Shown piece after piece: positions 8,614 to 18,767 of a DNA stretch of 64,000 nt (the stretch's first letter is position 1; each line of letters opens with the position of its first letter). The notes below the pieces were generated by a model. That model saw only the letters and a program-made list of their open reading frames with translations, was not told where the DNA came from and did no database searches. The DNA is from Polaromonas sp. (lineage in GTDB: Bacteria > Pseudomonadota > Gammaproteobacteria > Burkholderiales > Burkholderiaceae_C): contig JASDRC010000030.1 in NCBI GenBank assembly GCA_041442125.1, positions 20,173-84,172 on the forward strand. Reading direction: 5' to 3'. The position numbers were made by a program, and so were the translations under genes.

Positions 8614-9246
8614 TCACTTCATCGATCGAACAGCTGACTCTACCTGGCTGACGCGCTGCTCGGTCGGATGGCCACTGACGCGGGCGATGATCTGCCCTTC
8701 GGAATTCAAAATAATCACGTAGGCGCTCGTGCTTTCCTTCGGAATATTGAGCGCCGTTTCAAGGCGCGTTTCAGCGAGGATCCAAGTCTGGTCGTGGTAG
8801 CGAGCTGGAATCTTTTCCTTGGCGATCCCTATGGCGTCGGCCTCGCTCATGAAGAACGGCAGATCGATAGCCAGCACGTCGCGGATACGGATTGACTTTT
8901 GATCCAGGTTTTCGCGCAGCGCATTGGCCCACTTTCGCGTGTCTTCGGCAGCAGCTTTGCTGGGCGTGACGATCAGGATCGTCGGTTGGCCGATGAGCTT
9001 GGCATCGGTGACCTTCTCGCCGCTCAGCGTGGTTGCCTCGAACGAAGGAATTGGACTGTTCGGAGCCGCACCCGCCCACGGTGCGGCCAACAGGGTGCAA
9101 GCCGTCGAAGCGATGACCCACATGATGGAAGCTGCGGCAGAGATCGATCTCATGAAACGCATGGGTAGTGCGTGTCGACTATGGCGCCTACTGCTGATTC
9201 TTTTCCGCTGCCCTTGCATTAAATCGTTAAATTGTGCGGTCGTCAT
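8614..9246 (-). CDS. Hypothetical exported protein with redoxin-like fold (true start probably later)
   Basis: Signal-like segment IASTACTLLAAPWAGAA, then PSFEATTLSGEKVT..LIGQPTILIV and VIILNSEGQIIARVSG, a redoxin pattern. No CxxC. Confidence 0.6.
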   Translation of the reverse strand: MTTAQFNDLMQGQRKRISSRRHSRHALPMRFMRSISAAASIMWVIASTACTLLAAPWAGAAPNSPIPSFEATTLSGEKVTDAKLIGQPTILIVTPSKAAAEDTRKWANALRENLDQKSIRIRDVLAIDLPFFMSEADAIGIAKEKIPARYHDQTWILAETRLETALNIPKESTSAYVIILNSEGQIIARVSGHPTEQRVSQVESAVRSMK

Positions 9247-9339
9247 GCTGTCACCTCATTATCAATTCATCAAAATATTCGGACACACCAGCTCCCTACC
9301 AGGACTTCTTGCTGGCACTAGCAGCAGTCGCAGCACCAA

Positions 9340-9666
9340 GTAGATGTCAACCGCGTCTTCTCCAATGGCGTCAAAGTCGGCGCTTGGGCTACCAAAACCA
9401 ATGTCTCGGCGGCCGTCTTCGGAGAAGGCCGCGTCGACAAAGGCATCTACGTCAACGTGCCATACGATGTTTTCCTGCCGAAATCAACGCCGGGCAGCGG
9501 TACCTTTATTTACAACCCGCTCACCCGCGACGGCGGCGCCCGCCTTAACCGCAGCATCCCCCTCAACGAACTCACGCGCCAGCGCGACGCTCGTTCTTTG
9601 CTGTTCCGTGCGGCCAGCCCAACCGGCGCCAAATCCGCAGAAAACACCAGCTACGTGTTGGAATAG
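9340..9666 (+). pseudogene. C-terminal fragment of a YjbH-domain outer-membrane/exopolysaccharide protein
   Basis: DVNRVFSNGVKVGAWATKTNVSAAVFGEGRVDKGIYVNVPYD...PLTRDGGARLNR. In-frame stop at 9319-9321 and no start codon before the motif. Confidence 0.75.
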
Positions 9667-9735
9667 CCTTCGCCAACCCTTTTCGAAAATAGGTCTCACT
9701 CCAGCCAATCTTTGAACGCCGACGAGGACTAGATT

Positions 9736-9822
9736 TTTGTTGTCAGCCCATTGGAGGGTGGCTTCTTCTAAGTCTTCTTTGTAATTGGAAAGCGCCGCGT
9801 CTTTGATTTTGGCGGTGACTTT
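9736..9822. repeat. Copy A of an 87-bp dispersed direct repeat (copy B at 18840-18926)
   Basis: Hand alignment gives 82/87 identical bases. Confidence 0.95.
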
Positions 9823-9893
9823 CAGGCCGGTATCGTTGACAGGGTTTTGCAGAGGTTGCCTAGGTGAGTCCAGGCACTAATTGGAACCGCACT

Positions 9894-11333
9894 TCATTTT
9901 TGAATCAGCCGAACCTGCTGTGCCTGCGCCTCAACTTTCCCCAGGATGTCGAGGAGATGCGTGCAGTTATCTATCGAACAGATCGACCAGATGTCAGAAA
10001 TCAAAGTTTTCTGCTGTGCGGGAGTCAACATTCCTGCCGTACAGACCATGAACTTTTCCTCGACTTCTGCGTTGCTCATCGGTTTGGAGGGGCCGCCGCG
10101 GTAACGCTTGTCAGCTTGCTTTTCAAGAACCCGGCCATCGGCCATTTCCAGCACTAGTCTGGAACGAATCCACTCATAACCCATGGCTTCAATTTCCGGG
10201 TCGTGGATAGTTTCAACTCGTTGCTGCATAGACTGCATGGCTTGCCCACCGACAAACGCGGTGACAAATTCCTGCGGACCTGCGCGACGGCGCAACACGA
10301 TCATGGCCAACAAGGCCTGCATTGAAAACTTTGCCTGCAGGTGATTGATGGCCAAGGTGTAGCGTATGGGCTCCAGAATATTACTGGCTGCATAAAATTT
10401 GATCCGCTTGACGTCTTGCGGCTGGATGTCGTGCTCAACGACAAGTTCAAGCAAGGCATCCATGGCTTGGTGTGTCAGGATGCCGGACGGATAGGGCTTG
10501 ATGCTCACGCCGGGTGAAACAATGGTCAGCGGATGACCTAGACCCACCTTCTTTTTTTCAGGTGAGTGGCCACCTCCGAGCACTTGCATGAAGCCCCAGC
10601 GGCCATCCAATGACTCGGGATCGGCTGTGAAGCCGCGCTGGGCCAGCAGGGCTGCGGTGACGCCGTTTTCGGCCGCGCGGCCCACATGCAGCGGTTTGGT
10701 CATGGTGCCAAAATTGCAGCGAACACCTGCCGCAAAACTCGCGGCAATGCCTATCGCGTGAGCCAACTTTTCACCTCTGAGGCCGAGTAACTTTGCTGCC
10801 GCAGCGCACGCGCCGAAAGTGCCTACTGTGCCGCTGCTGTGATGGCCACGCCGGTAGTGGTCCGGCAGCATCCATTCAGAGATTTTGCATTCGACCTCAA
10901 AGCCGGTCTGGAACGCGAGCATTAACTCTTTGCCTGACACATTTCCGAGGTACTGGGCAACCACCAGAGCCGCGCTTAGCGGCGGGACGGACGGGTGCGT
11001 CAACATGCCGTAGGCATGAGCAGGATCGTGCCTGACTTGCGTGTCGTCCCAGTCTTGGGCGTGGCCGGCAGTTCCCAATATGCGGGCGGCGAGACCGGCT
11101 GGCACCTTGTCTCCATTGCCCGCCAACAAAGCCGCGTCTGGCCGGCCACCATTGGCTCGCGCGTCTGCGATCAAAATTTGCACGGACTCTTCCGTCGAGC
11201 CTGTGATGTAGAGGCCGAAAGTATCCAGCATGCAGCGACTTGCGATGCTGATTGCTTCAGGGGAAAGGTCGGAAAACTGGATGTTTTCGATGAACTCCAC
11301 AACGCTTTGAGTGATATTTTGGGATGGAAGCAT
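9894..11333 (-). CDS. MmgE/PrpD family protein
   Basis: RCMLDTFG, GHAQDWDDT..THPS, RRGHHSSGTVG, TMTKPLHVGRAAENG, KPYPSG, RGGPSKPMS. Confidence 0.9.
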   Translation of the reverse strand: MLPSQNITQSVVEFIENIQFSDLSPEAISIASRCMLDTFGLYITGSTEESVQILIADARANGGRPDAALLAGNGDKVPAGLAARILGTAGHAQDWDDTQVRHDPAHAYGMLTHPSVPPLSAALVVAQYLGNVSGKELMLAFQTGFEVECKISEWMLPDHYRRGHHSSGTVGTFGACAAAAKLLGLRGEKLAHAIGIAASFAAGVRCNFGTMTKPLHVGRAAENGVTAALLAQRGFTADPESLDGRWGFMQVLGGGHSPEKKKVGLGHPLTIVSPGVSIKPYPSGILTHQAMDALLELVVEHDIQPQDVKRIKFYAASNILEPIRYTLAINHLQAKFSMQALLAMIVLRRRAGPQEFVTAFVGGQAMQSMQQRVETIHDPEIEAMGYEWIRSRLVLEMADGRVLEKQADKRYRGGPSKPMSNAEVEEKFMVCTAGMLTPAQQKTLISDIWSICSIDNCTHLLDILGKVEAQAQQVRLIQK

Positions 11334-11651
11334 GAATTGATCGATTTGTAAAATTAAAAAAGCTTATCGATTTTGACTTTATTTGAATCCCTGAGTGCAA
11401 TCTTCTATCAAAAAATAAGTACTTTTTGACTAAATATTGACCATGGCTGCCAATGGAAGGGGTTTTTTTACCCGACACCCGATATTTTCTACAAGGCACG
11501 TCGAACGGTGATTTCGGCCCTTTGATCAGCGTTTGCCCGATGTTTTTAGCCTCGGGAAAATACGCATTCTAATTTCACAATCGGCGTGAAAGAATACAGA
11601 AGTTACACATCCTCAGCACAAAGAGGCCATCGATAACCATCAGGAGACACC

Positions 11652-12611
11652 ATGAAAATCAGCAAATCCACGCTCGGCTTGTTTCTAGCCGGCCTTACAT
11701 TCTCATTCAGCGCCAACGCTCAGATTTTTTCAATTGCCACAGGCGGCACAGGTGGGGTTTATTACCCCTTGGGTGGCGGCGTTGCCGCTGTGTTGTCGAA
11801 AAATGTTCTTGGCATGCAAGCCACAGCGGAAGTGACCGGCGGGTCGGTAGACAACCTCAAGCTGGTTGGCAGCGGCAAGCCCTACATTGCATTCACCATG
11901 GCCGACACCAGCCAAGATGCCTTCAGGGGCGAAAACAAGTTTAAAGGCAACAAAATTGGTGTCAAAACTCTGATGGTGCTTTACCCCAATCGCATGCACT
12001 TGGTCAGTGTTGAAGGCCGGGGTATTTCAAAAATGTCCGACTTGAAGGGCAAGCATATTTCCACAGGTTCACCGGGCAGTGGCACTGAAATTTTGGCTTT
12101 CCGTATCCTTGAGGCGGCAGGCTTGGACAAAGACAAAGACGTAGATCGTGAGCGCCTTGGTGCCTCTGAATCTGTCAATGCCATGAAGGACGGCAAGATT
12201 GACGCTTTCTTCTGGATGGGCGGACTGCCGACTGCCGCGGTGACTGACCTGGCCAACACCCCCGGTACCAAACTCAAATTGATTGATCATGCGCAAACTG
12301 TCCCCGTGATGAACAAAAAATTTGGCAATCTGTATGTCGAAGACGTGATCAGCAAAAGTGTCTACAACGGCATGACCACTGACAACAAACAAGCCACCGT
12401 GATGAACCTGCTGGTCGCTAATGCCAGCATGGACGACAAAACTGCCTACAACATCGTTAAGACCATTTTCGAAAAGCGTGACGATCTAATTGCTGTCCAT
12501 AAGGAAGCCATGAACTTCAAACTTGAGAACCAAAACTCAAACGCATCACCAATTCCATTTCACCCTGGCGCTGCAAAATATTTTGCCGAAAAAGGTATCA
12601 AAGTTAACTAG
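11652..12611 (+). CDS. TAXI-family TRAP transporter solute-binding protein
   Basis: SIATGGTGGVYYPLGGG, TGGSVDNL, STGSPGSGTE, PFHPGAAKYF. Confidence 0.93.
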   Translation: MKISKSTLGLFLAGLTFSFSANAQIFSIATGGTGGVYYPLGGGVAAVLSKNVLGMQATAEVTGGSVDNLKLVGSGKPYIAFTMADTSQDAFRGENKFKGNKIGVKTLMVLYPNRMHLVSVEGRGISKMSDLKGKHISTGSPGSGTEILAFRILEAAGLDKDKDVDRERLGASESVNAMKDGKIDAFFWMGGLPTAAVTDLANTPGTKLKLIDHAQTVPVMNKKFGNLYVEDVISKSVYNGMTTDNKQATVMNLLVANASMDDKTAYNIVKTIFEKRDDLIAVHKEAMNFKLENQNSNASPIPFHPGAAKYFAEKGIKVN

Positions 12612-12625
12612 TTTTCCAATGGATG

Positions 12626-12659
12626 CCCCCCCAATAGTCATTGTTGGGGGGTTTTTTTT
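12626..12659 (+). terminator. Rho-independent terminator or RNA-stabilising hairpin after the TAXI gene
   Basis: CCCCCCCAA...TTGGGGGG followed by a T run. Confidence 0.7.
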
Positions 12660-12696
12660 ATCTGATCAAAAAATTTGAGACACAAGGCCCTGCAGC

Positions 12697-14733
12697 ATGA
12701 GTCAACCCATCACCCCGGACACACCGGAAGTCGTCGTCAGCGAAGAAGCACGCCTCAAGGCCGAAGAGTTCATAGAAGCCGAAGAAGGTGCGGCCAACAA
12801 GCTGAAAGGCTGGCTGAATATCTTTGTTGTCGCGGTTGCCTTTGTGATGTCGGTGTTTCACCTTTACACAGCCTACGGCATCGTACCGACACAAACCCTG
12901 CGCCCGATTCACGTCGGATTTGTGCTGTTTCTCTGCTTCCTCATGTTTCCAGTCGCCGCTCGTTTTCGCCACCGCATCATGTGGTGGGATTGGCTGATCG
13001 CGGCCACGTCTATCGCGGTGGTGGTGTACCTGATACAGGGTGGCGACGATTTCGCAGACCGAAACACCATGCCCAACTCCTGGGACATCGTCTTCGGTAT
13101 TGCGCTGATGGCCATGGTGCTCGAAGCCATGCGGAGGACCAACGGCTGGATCATGCCGTTCATCACATCGTGCTTCATTCTTTATGCCCTGTTTGGAGCC
13201 TACCTTCCGGCACCGTGGACACACAAGGGGTACGAGGTTGGCCGTCTTGTGGGGGTGATGTACATGACGCTGGAAGGCATCTACGGCGTAGCTGTCGATG
13301 TGTCCGCCTCTTTGATCATCTTATTCACCATTTTCGGTGCCTTCCTGCAATACTCCGGCGCGGGCAAGTTTTACATCGATTTTTCGTTTTCGGCGATGGG
13401 GGGCAAGCCCACCGGTGCCGGCCGCACCGTCGTGCTGTCCTCATTCTTGCTTGGCGGGCCTTCAGGGTCGGGCGTCGCGACCACCGTCACACTGGGCGCG
13501 GTAGCCTACCCGATGTTGGCCAAGGTTGGTTATGACAAGGACACAGCCGGCGGTTTGCTGGCAGCCGGTGGTCTGGGAGCGATCATCTCGCCCCCCGTGC
13601 TTGGCGCGGCCGCCTTCCTGATTGCGGAGTTTCTAAAAATCTCCTATCTCGACGTGCTTCTGATGGCCGTGATTCCAACCTTTCTTTTTTATCTGGCGCT
13701 GTTCCTGATGGTCGAGATCGATGCCAAGAAATATGGCATGAAAGACGCCAAGGTAGAGATGGTCGATACGGTCTGGAACCTGACCAGGAAGTACTGGTTC
13801 CACTTTTTGTCGTTGATCTCCATTGTGTTTTTCATGCTGTGGGGCTTCTCGCCAGTTTTGTCCGTCTTCTGGGCCACCGTAGTGTCCTTCCTCACCAGTT
13901 TTTTGCGGCGTGACACAGCCCTTTTTTCGTACGACCTTTTTGCCGGTAAAGGCTCATTTGTCAAGAACGTATTTCAGTCCCCTTTTGTGAAAGCCATGGA
14001 AATGGGCTCGGTGGGTGTGCTCAACGTCGCCGCCACCTGTGCCGGCGCGGGCATCATCGTCGGGGTGGTCACACTGACCGGCTTGGGCCTGAAGTTCAGC
14101 ACCATCGTGATCGACTATGCCGGCGGCAGTCTGCTGCTCACGGCCATCTATACCTCTCTGGTGGTGTGGATCATCGGCTTGGCTGTCCCTGTTACCGCGT
14201 CATACATTATCTGCGCGGTGATAGCGGCGCCTGCGCTGATCAAACTGGGCGTGCCTGATTTTGCGGCACACATGTTCATCTTCTATTACGCGGTGTTGTC
14301 CGAGGTGTCCCCGCCCACAGCGCTGTCACCTTTTGCCGCGGCGGCCATCACCGGCGGCGACCCATACAAGACCACGCTGCAATGTTGGAAGTACACAGTG
14401 CCCGCCTTCTTGGTGCCCTTCATGTTTGTATTGGACCCCAGTGGTCAGGGTCTGCTGCTAATGGGCTCAACCAAGGCGCTAGCCACAGCCAACTGGTGGT
14501 CGATTGCCACGGTCACGCTGACTGCGGCCATTGGTGTAGCGGCACTGGCTGGCGGATTCCAAGGCTGGGCGCTGAAAAAAACCAGCGTACTGGAACGCTG
14601 GATGTTGATCGTGGCAGGCGTTTTGCTCGTCTACCCGAGCACCCTCAGCAGCCTCATCGGTGTCAGTTTGGTCGTTATTGCACTGGCCAAACAGTACTTC
14701 CGAACTGACCCCGTTCTGCCTCAAGGGGCCTGA
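12697..14733 (+). CDS. TRAP transporter fused 4TM/12TM permease (TAXI type)
   Basis: Highly hydrophobic. EGIYGVAVDVSA, GGPSGSGVA, IISPPVLGAAAFLIAE, SEVSPPTALS. Confidence 0.93.
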   Translation: MSQPITPDTPEVVVSEEARLKAEEFIEAEEGAANKLKGWLNIFVVAVAFVMSVFHLYTAYGIVPTQTLRPIHVGFVLFLCFLMFPVAARFRHRIMWWDWLIAATSIAVVVYLIQGGDDFADRNTMPNSWDIVFGIALMAMVLEAMRRTNGWIMPFITSCFILYALFGAYLPAPWTHKGYEVGRLVGVMYMTLEGIYGVAVDVSASLIILFTIFGAFLQYSGAGKFYIDFSFSAMGGKPTGAGRTVVLSSFLLGGPSGSGVATTVTLGAVAYPMLAKVGYDKDTAGGLLAAGGLGAIISPPVLGAAAFLIAEFLKISYLDVLLMAVIPTFLFYLALFLMVEIDAKKYGMKDAKVEMVDTVWNLTRKYWFHFLSLISIVFFMLWGFSPVLSVFWATVVSFLTSFLRRDTALFSYDLFAGKGSFVKNVFQSPFVKAMEMGSVGVLNVAATCAGAGIIVGVVTLTGLGLKFSTIVIDYAGGSLLLTAIYTSLVVWIIGLAVPVTASYIICAVIAAPALIKLGVPDFAAHMFIFYYAVLSEVSPPTALSPFAAAAITGGDPYKTTLQCWKYTVPAFLVPFMFVLDPSGQGLLLMGSTKALATANWWSIATVTLTAAIGVAALAGGFQGWALKKTSVLERWMLIVAGVLLVYPSTLSSLIGVSLVVIALAKQYFRTDPVLPQGA

Positions 14734-14975
14734 ATTTTCAGTAAATACAGCACTGTTTTTTCTCGCCTTGTGTGGGTTCGCAAGCGGGCACGCGCTTGGC
14801 AAGCGGCGGGCACTTTTAACAGGTAGACCGCGCCGCAGGTAGCAGCGCTTTGATAGGGTTTTCATAGCTTGGTAGCAAACGTTTTTGACCTATCATTAAA
14901 TGAGCACTTTTGTAGTTTTTAACTTTGCCGGACTTTGATGATCCGAGCTGAGCGTTGTAATTTGAAGGAGAGATT

Positions 14976-15944
14976 TTGAAACTTAAACGCCATATCATCG
15001 CCCTAGGCGCACTGTTCGCCATCACGCAAGCCTTTGCGCAGGGTGCCTATCCGAATCGTGCCATCACCATGGTCGTTGGGTTTTCCCCTGGTGGCGGTAC
15101 CGACACGGTCGCCCGTATCATTGCAAAAGACCTCGGCGACAAGTTGGGCCAGCAAGTGATTGTTGAAAACAAAGCCGGCGCTGGTGGCAATATCGCCACT
15201 GACTATGTGGCACGTTCAGAGCCCGATGGCTACACCATTTTGCTCGCCAGTGTCGGCTCGCTAACCGTCGCGCCTCACCTTATGTCCAAGCTTCCTTATA
15301 AGCCTCTGGAAGACTTCGCACCGGTTTCCATGGCCGTGGTGTTCCCCAATGTGATCTTGGTGCCCAGTGCCTTTCCTGCGAAAACGCTGGCCGAATTTGT
15401 CAGTCAGGCTAAAGCCAAGCCAGGCTCAGTTACCTATGCATCCTCCGGTATCGGTGGTGCAGGTCATCTTTCCGGTGAGTTGTTGAATATCAGGGCTGAT
15501 ATTGACCTCCTTCATGTGGCCTACAAGGGGGGTGGTCCGGCTATGTTGGGCGTGCTGGGCGGCGAAGTCAATTCGTATTTCTCCACACCAGTGACTGCCA
15601 TTCCTCACGTCAAAAGTGGCAAAGTGCGTGCGCTCGCCATCACTGGCGCAAAACGTAGTCGGTTGCTCCCCGATGTGCCTACTGTGGCTGAGTCCGGCTA
15701 CCCTGGGTACGAGGCCATGAACTGGTATGCCTATGTGGTTCCAGCCAAAACTCCGAAAGAGATCGTTACCAAGCTGAACAAGGCCGTGGTCGCGTCGTTG
15801 AACAGCCCTGAGGTTATTGCAGCCCTGCAAAAGCAAGGCCTGGATGCGAGCCCCAGCAGCCAAGCTGAACTCGCCACTTACATAAAGAGTGAATACGAGT
15901 CTTGGGGCAAAGTGATCAAAAAATCCGGTATCAAGCCCGAATAA
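14976..15944 (+). CDS. Bug/TctC tripartite tricarboxylate transporter substrate-binding protein
   Basis: YPNRAITMVVGFSPGGGTD, VENKAGAGGNI, VAYKGGGPA, VPTVAESGYPG. Confidence 0.93.
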   Translation: MKLKRHIIALGALFAITQAFAQGAYPNRAITMVVGFSPGGGTDTVARIIAKDLGDKLGQQVIVENKAGAGGNIATDYVARSEPDGYTILLASVGSLTVAPHLMSKLPYKPLEDFAPVSMAVVFPNVILVPSAFPAKTLAEFVSQAKAKPGSVTYASSGIGGAGHLSGELLNIRADIDLLHVAYKGGGPAMLGVLGGEVNSYFSTPVTAIPHVKSGKVRALAITGAKRSRLLPDVPTVAESGYPGYEAMNWYAYVVPAKTPKEIVTKLNKAVVASLNSPEVIAALQKQGLDASPSSQAELATYIKSEYESWGKVIKKSGIKPE

Positions 15945-15962
15945 ATAAAGGGAGACCAACTC

Positions 15963-16988
15963 ATGCAAAGACGACATCTGATAGCCGGCGGCCTTGTCGC
16001 TGCCACCTTGCCTCAGTGGGCCTTGGCTCAAGCCCTCGAAAAACCTAAAGTCACGCTTGCTGTGGGTGGTAAAAACTTGCTGTATTACCTGCCTCTGACC
16101 ATTGCCGAGGAGTTGGGCTATTTCAAGCATGAAGGCTTGGACCTGACTATCGTCAATTTTGCAGGAGGCTCTAAAGCCCTTCAAGCTGTGGTGGGTGGCA
16201 GTGCAGATGTTGTTTCCGGTGCCTTTGAGCACACCATCAACATGCAGTTCAAGGGCCAAATGATGCGCGCATTTGTCCTGCAAGGCGCTGCACCGCAAAT
16301 TGTCTTGGGCATCAATCCCAAAACCATGCCCAATTTCAAGAGCGTGGCTGACCTCAAGGGCAAGAAAATGGGTGTGACGGCGCCTGGCAGTTCCACCAAC
16401 GTGATGGCTAATTTTGTACTGGCCAAAGCCGGGCTTATGCCCAGCGATGTCAGCTTCATCGGCGTGGGGACGGGAAGCGGCGCAGTTGCCGCCATGCGGA
16501 CAGGTCAGATCGATGCCTTGTGCAACCTTGACCCTGTGATCACTTTATTGCAACGCTCAGGTGACCTCAAAATAATTGCCGACACCCGCAAACCTTCAGA
16601 GGCAGAGAAAATATTTGGTGGTCCTATGCCGGCAGGTTGCCTTTATGCACCGCAAGCTTTTCTTGATAAAAACCCTGCCACGACCCAAGCCATCACGAAT
16701 GCCATAGTGCGTGCGCTCAAATGGATTCAAACGGCAGGCGCTTCTGACATCATCAAGGTTGTGCCAGAGGGCTATTTATTGGGTGACCGTGCCGTCTATA
16801 TTGAAGCATTCTTGGCCGCAAAAGAAGCGTTGTCAGCCGATGGAATAATCCCAGAAAAAGGGTCTCAAACTGCTTTCCGTGCACTGGCCAGCGTCGATAA
16901 AAAAATTGCGTCGGCCAAGTTGGACCTGAAGGCGGTTTACACCAACGAATTTGTCCAAAAGGCTAACAGCAAGTACCCAAAAGGTTGA
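15963..16988 (+). CDS. ABC transporter substrate-binding protein (NitT/TauT/SsuA-like)
   Basis: RR-type leader, YLPLTIAEELGYFK, NFAGGSKALQAVVGG, LKGKKMGVTAPGSST. Confidence 0.88.
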   Translation: MQRRHLIAGGLVAATLPQWALAQALEKPKVTLAVGGKNLLYYLPLTIAEELGYFKHEGLDLTIVNFAGGSKALQAVVGGSADVVSGAFEHTINMQFKGQMMRAFVLQGAAPQIVLGINPKTMPNFKSVADLKGKKMGVTAPGSSTNVMANFVLAKAGLMPSDVSFIGVGTGSGAVAAMRTGQIDALCNLDPVITLLQRSGDLKIIADTRKPSEAEKIFGGPMPAGCLYAPQAFLDKNPATTQAITNAIVRALKWIQTAGASDIIKVVPEGYLLGDRAVYIEAFLAAKEALSADGIIPEKGSQTAFRALASVDKKIASAKLDLKAVYTNEFVQKANSKYPKG

Positions 16989-16989
16989 T

Positions 16990-17799
16990 GTGACCGCTGC
17001 GTTGACACTCCAGGACGTCGCCTGCACCTTTATCAGCAAAAACAATTCTGAACAACGCTACACCGCAGTGCAAGACGTCAACCTGACGGTGGGTGCGGGT
17101 GAGTTTGTTTGTGTGGTCGGCCCCACGGGGTGCGGCAAAAGCACCTTGCTGAATGTGGGGGCTGGTTTGCTAACGCCAAGCACTGGTTCGGTCCATGTCT
17201 TTGGCCAGCCGCTGGTTGGCATCAACCCACGTGCAGGGTATATGTTTCAGGCGGAAAGCTTGATGCCTTGGCGTACCGCCTTGGACAACGTCTCAGCCGG
17301 CTTGCAATTTCGAGGTGTCCCAGAAGCGACTGCTGCAGCGCAGGCCAATGACTGGTTGCGCCGAGTTGGTCTAGGAGGCTTCGGCGACCGCTACCCTCAC
17401 CAAATGAGTGGCGGTATGCGCAAACGTGTCAGCTTGGCTCAAACGCTGGTACTGGACCCAGACATCATTTTGATGGACGAGCCCTTTTCGGCTTTAGACA
17501 TTCAAACTCGGCAGCTCATGGAAAACGAATTGCTTGAAATTTGGTCGGCCAAAAAGAAGGCTGTGTTGTTCATTACCCATGACCTGGATGAAGCTATCGC
17601 CATGAGTGACCGCGTAGTTGTGATGAGTGCCGGCCCTGGCAGTCACCTGATAGGAAACTTTGCGATTGACATTGATCGCCCGCGCGATGTGGCTGAAATC
17701 AAAACCACACCGCGCTTTCTAGAGTTGCATGCAGCCATCTGGTCTGTGCTGCGCGATGAAGTCCTCAAGGGCTACCAGCAACAACTTAAAGCGGCTTGA
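16990..17799 (+). CDS. ABC transporter ATP-binding protein (TauB-like)
   Basis: [39 protein letters not shown] start at 16990 chosen just after the upstream stop. Confidence 0.92.
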   Translation: MTAALTLQDVACTFISKNNSEQRYTAVQDVNLTVGAGEFVCVVGPTGCGKSTLLNVGAGLLTPSTGSVHVFGQPLVGINPRAGYMFQAESLMPWRTALDNVSAGLQFRGVPEATAAAQANDWLRRVGLGGFGDRYPHQMSGGMRKRVSLAQTLVLDPDIILMDEPFSALDIQTRQLMENELLEIWSAKKKAVLFITHDLDEAIAMSDRVVVMSAGPGSHLIGNFAIDIDRPRDVAEIKTTPRFLELHAAIWSVLRDEVLKGYQQQLKAA

Positions 17800-18629
17800 C
17801 CATGTGGAATTTGATTAAACCGCGCAGCGCGAACCTGTGGGTATGGCAGTTGGGCATACTGGTCGGACTGTTTTTGTTTTGGCACGTGATGACCGCGCCA
17901 GGTCTGATACCGCCGATGATGTTCGACAACGATCGCCAAGCGGCTTTCTTTTTTGGTGAGCCACTCAAAATGGCGTCACGCATCTGGGTGTGGTTTGTGG
18001 TCGACGCAGACATCTATCAACACTTGGGTGTGACGCTGACAGAGACGCTGCTTGCCTTCGCCATTGGCTCGGGCTTGGGTTTGGTTGGTGGTCTGTGGCT
18101 GGCACTGGCGCCCATGGCTTCTGCCATTTTTGAGCCTTACATCAAAGCCATGAACGCCATGCCGCGCATCATTTTGGCCCCCATATTTTCAGTTTGGTTT
18201 GGACTGGGCATGGGCTCAAAAGTGGCGCTGGGTGTGACCCTGGTTTTCTTCATTGTTTTTTTCAATGTTTACCAAGGCGTCAAAGAAGTTAGCCCCGTGG
18301 TGCTGGCCAATGCCCGTATGCTAGGTGCCGATCAGCGTCAGTTGCTGCGCTTCGTCTACCTGCCCAGCGCGACCAGTTGGGTCTTCAGTTCCTTGCACAC
18401 CTCGGTAGGATTGGCCTTCGTGGGAGCGGTTGTGGGGGAGTATCTGGGTTCCAGCCAAGGCGTGGGTTACTTGATTCTGCAGGCCGAAGGCAGCTTTGAC
18501 ATCAACACCGTGATGGCGGGCATTGTGGTGCTGACCATCTTTGCGTTGCTGCTCGATAGCTTGGTTGGCGTGCTGGAAAAAAGGCTCATGAAGTGGCAGC
18601 CACGGTCAGGCGAGACGGAGAAACTGTAA
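17796..18629 (+). CDS. ABC transporter permease (TauC-like)
   Basis: NAMPRIILAP, EAA-like loop LANARMLGA, AFVGAVVGEYLGSSQGVG. Confidence 0.92.
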   Translation: MTMWNLIKPRSANLWVWQLGILVGLFLFWHVMTAPGLIPPMMFDNDRQAAFFFGEPLKMASRIWVWFVVDADIYQHLGVTLTETLLAFAIGSGLGLVGGLWLALAPMASAIFEPYIKAMNAMPRIILAPIFSVWFGLGMGSKVALGVTLVFFIVFFNVYQGVKEVSPVVLANARMLGADQRQLLRFVYLPSATSWVFSSLHTSVGLAFVGAVVGEYLGSSQGVGYLILQAEGSFDINTVMAGIVVLTIFALLLDSLVGVLEKRLMKWQPRSGETEKL

Positions 18630-18767
18630 ACGTTGTCTGCCTTTTTTATTTGTCTTTTGGTTGCGATGCGTTAGTTAGAGCAGCGCTCAACCTCTCGTTG
18701 TTGCAAATCAACGCTGGGGTCAGAAATGAGTCCACGATAGCAAGGCGCAGGGACTCTTCAGGCGGTA

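Noticed and set aside
8274-8651. 125-aa plus-strand ORF
   Set aside because: It overlaps tRNA-Lys and is antisense to the dioxygenase scar, so it is a shadow ORF.
18660-18700. Possible integron attC half-site (CTCTAAC on the minus strand) after the 85-aa ORF
   Set aside because: No matching GTTRRRY end or L-box palindrome before the permease gene, and no integron integrase.
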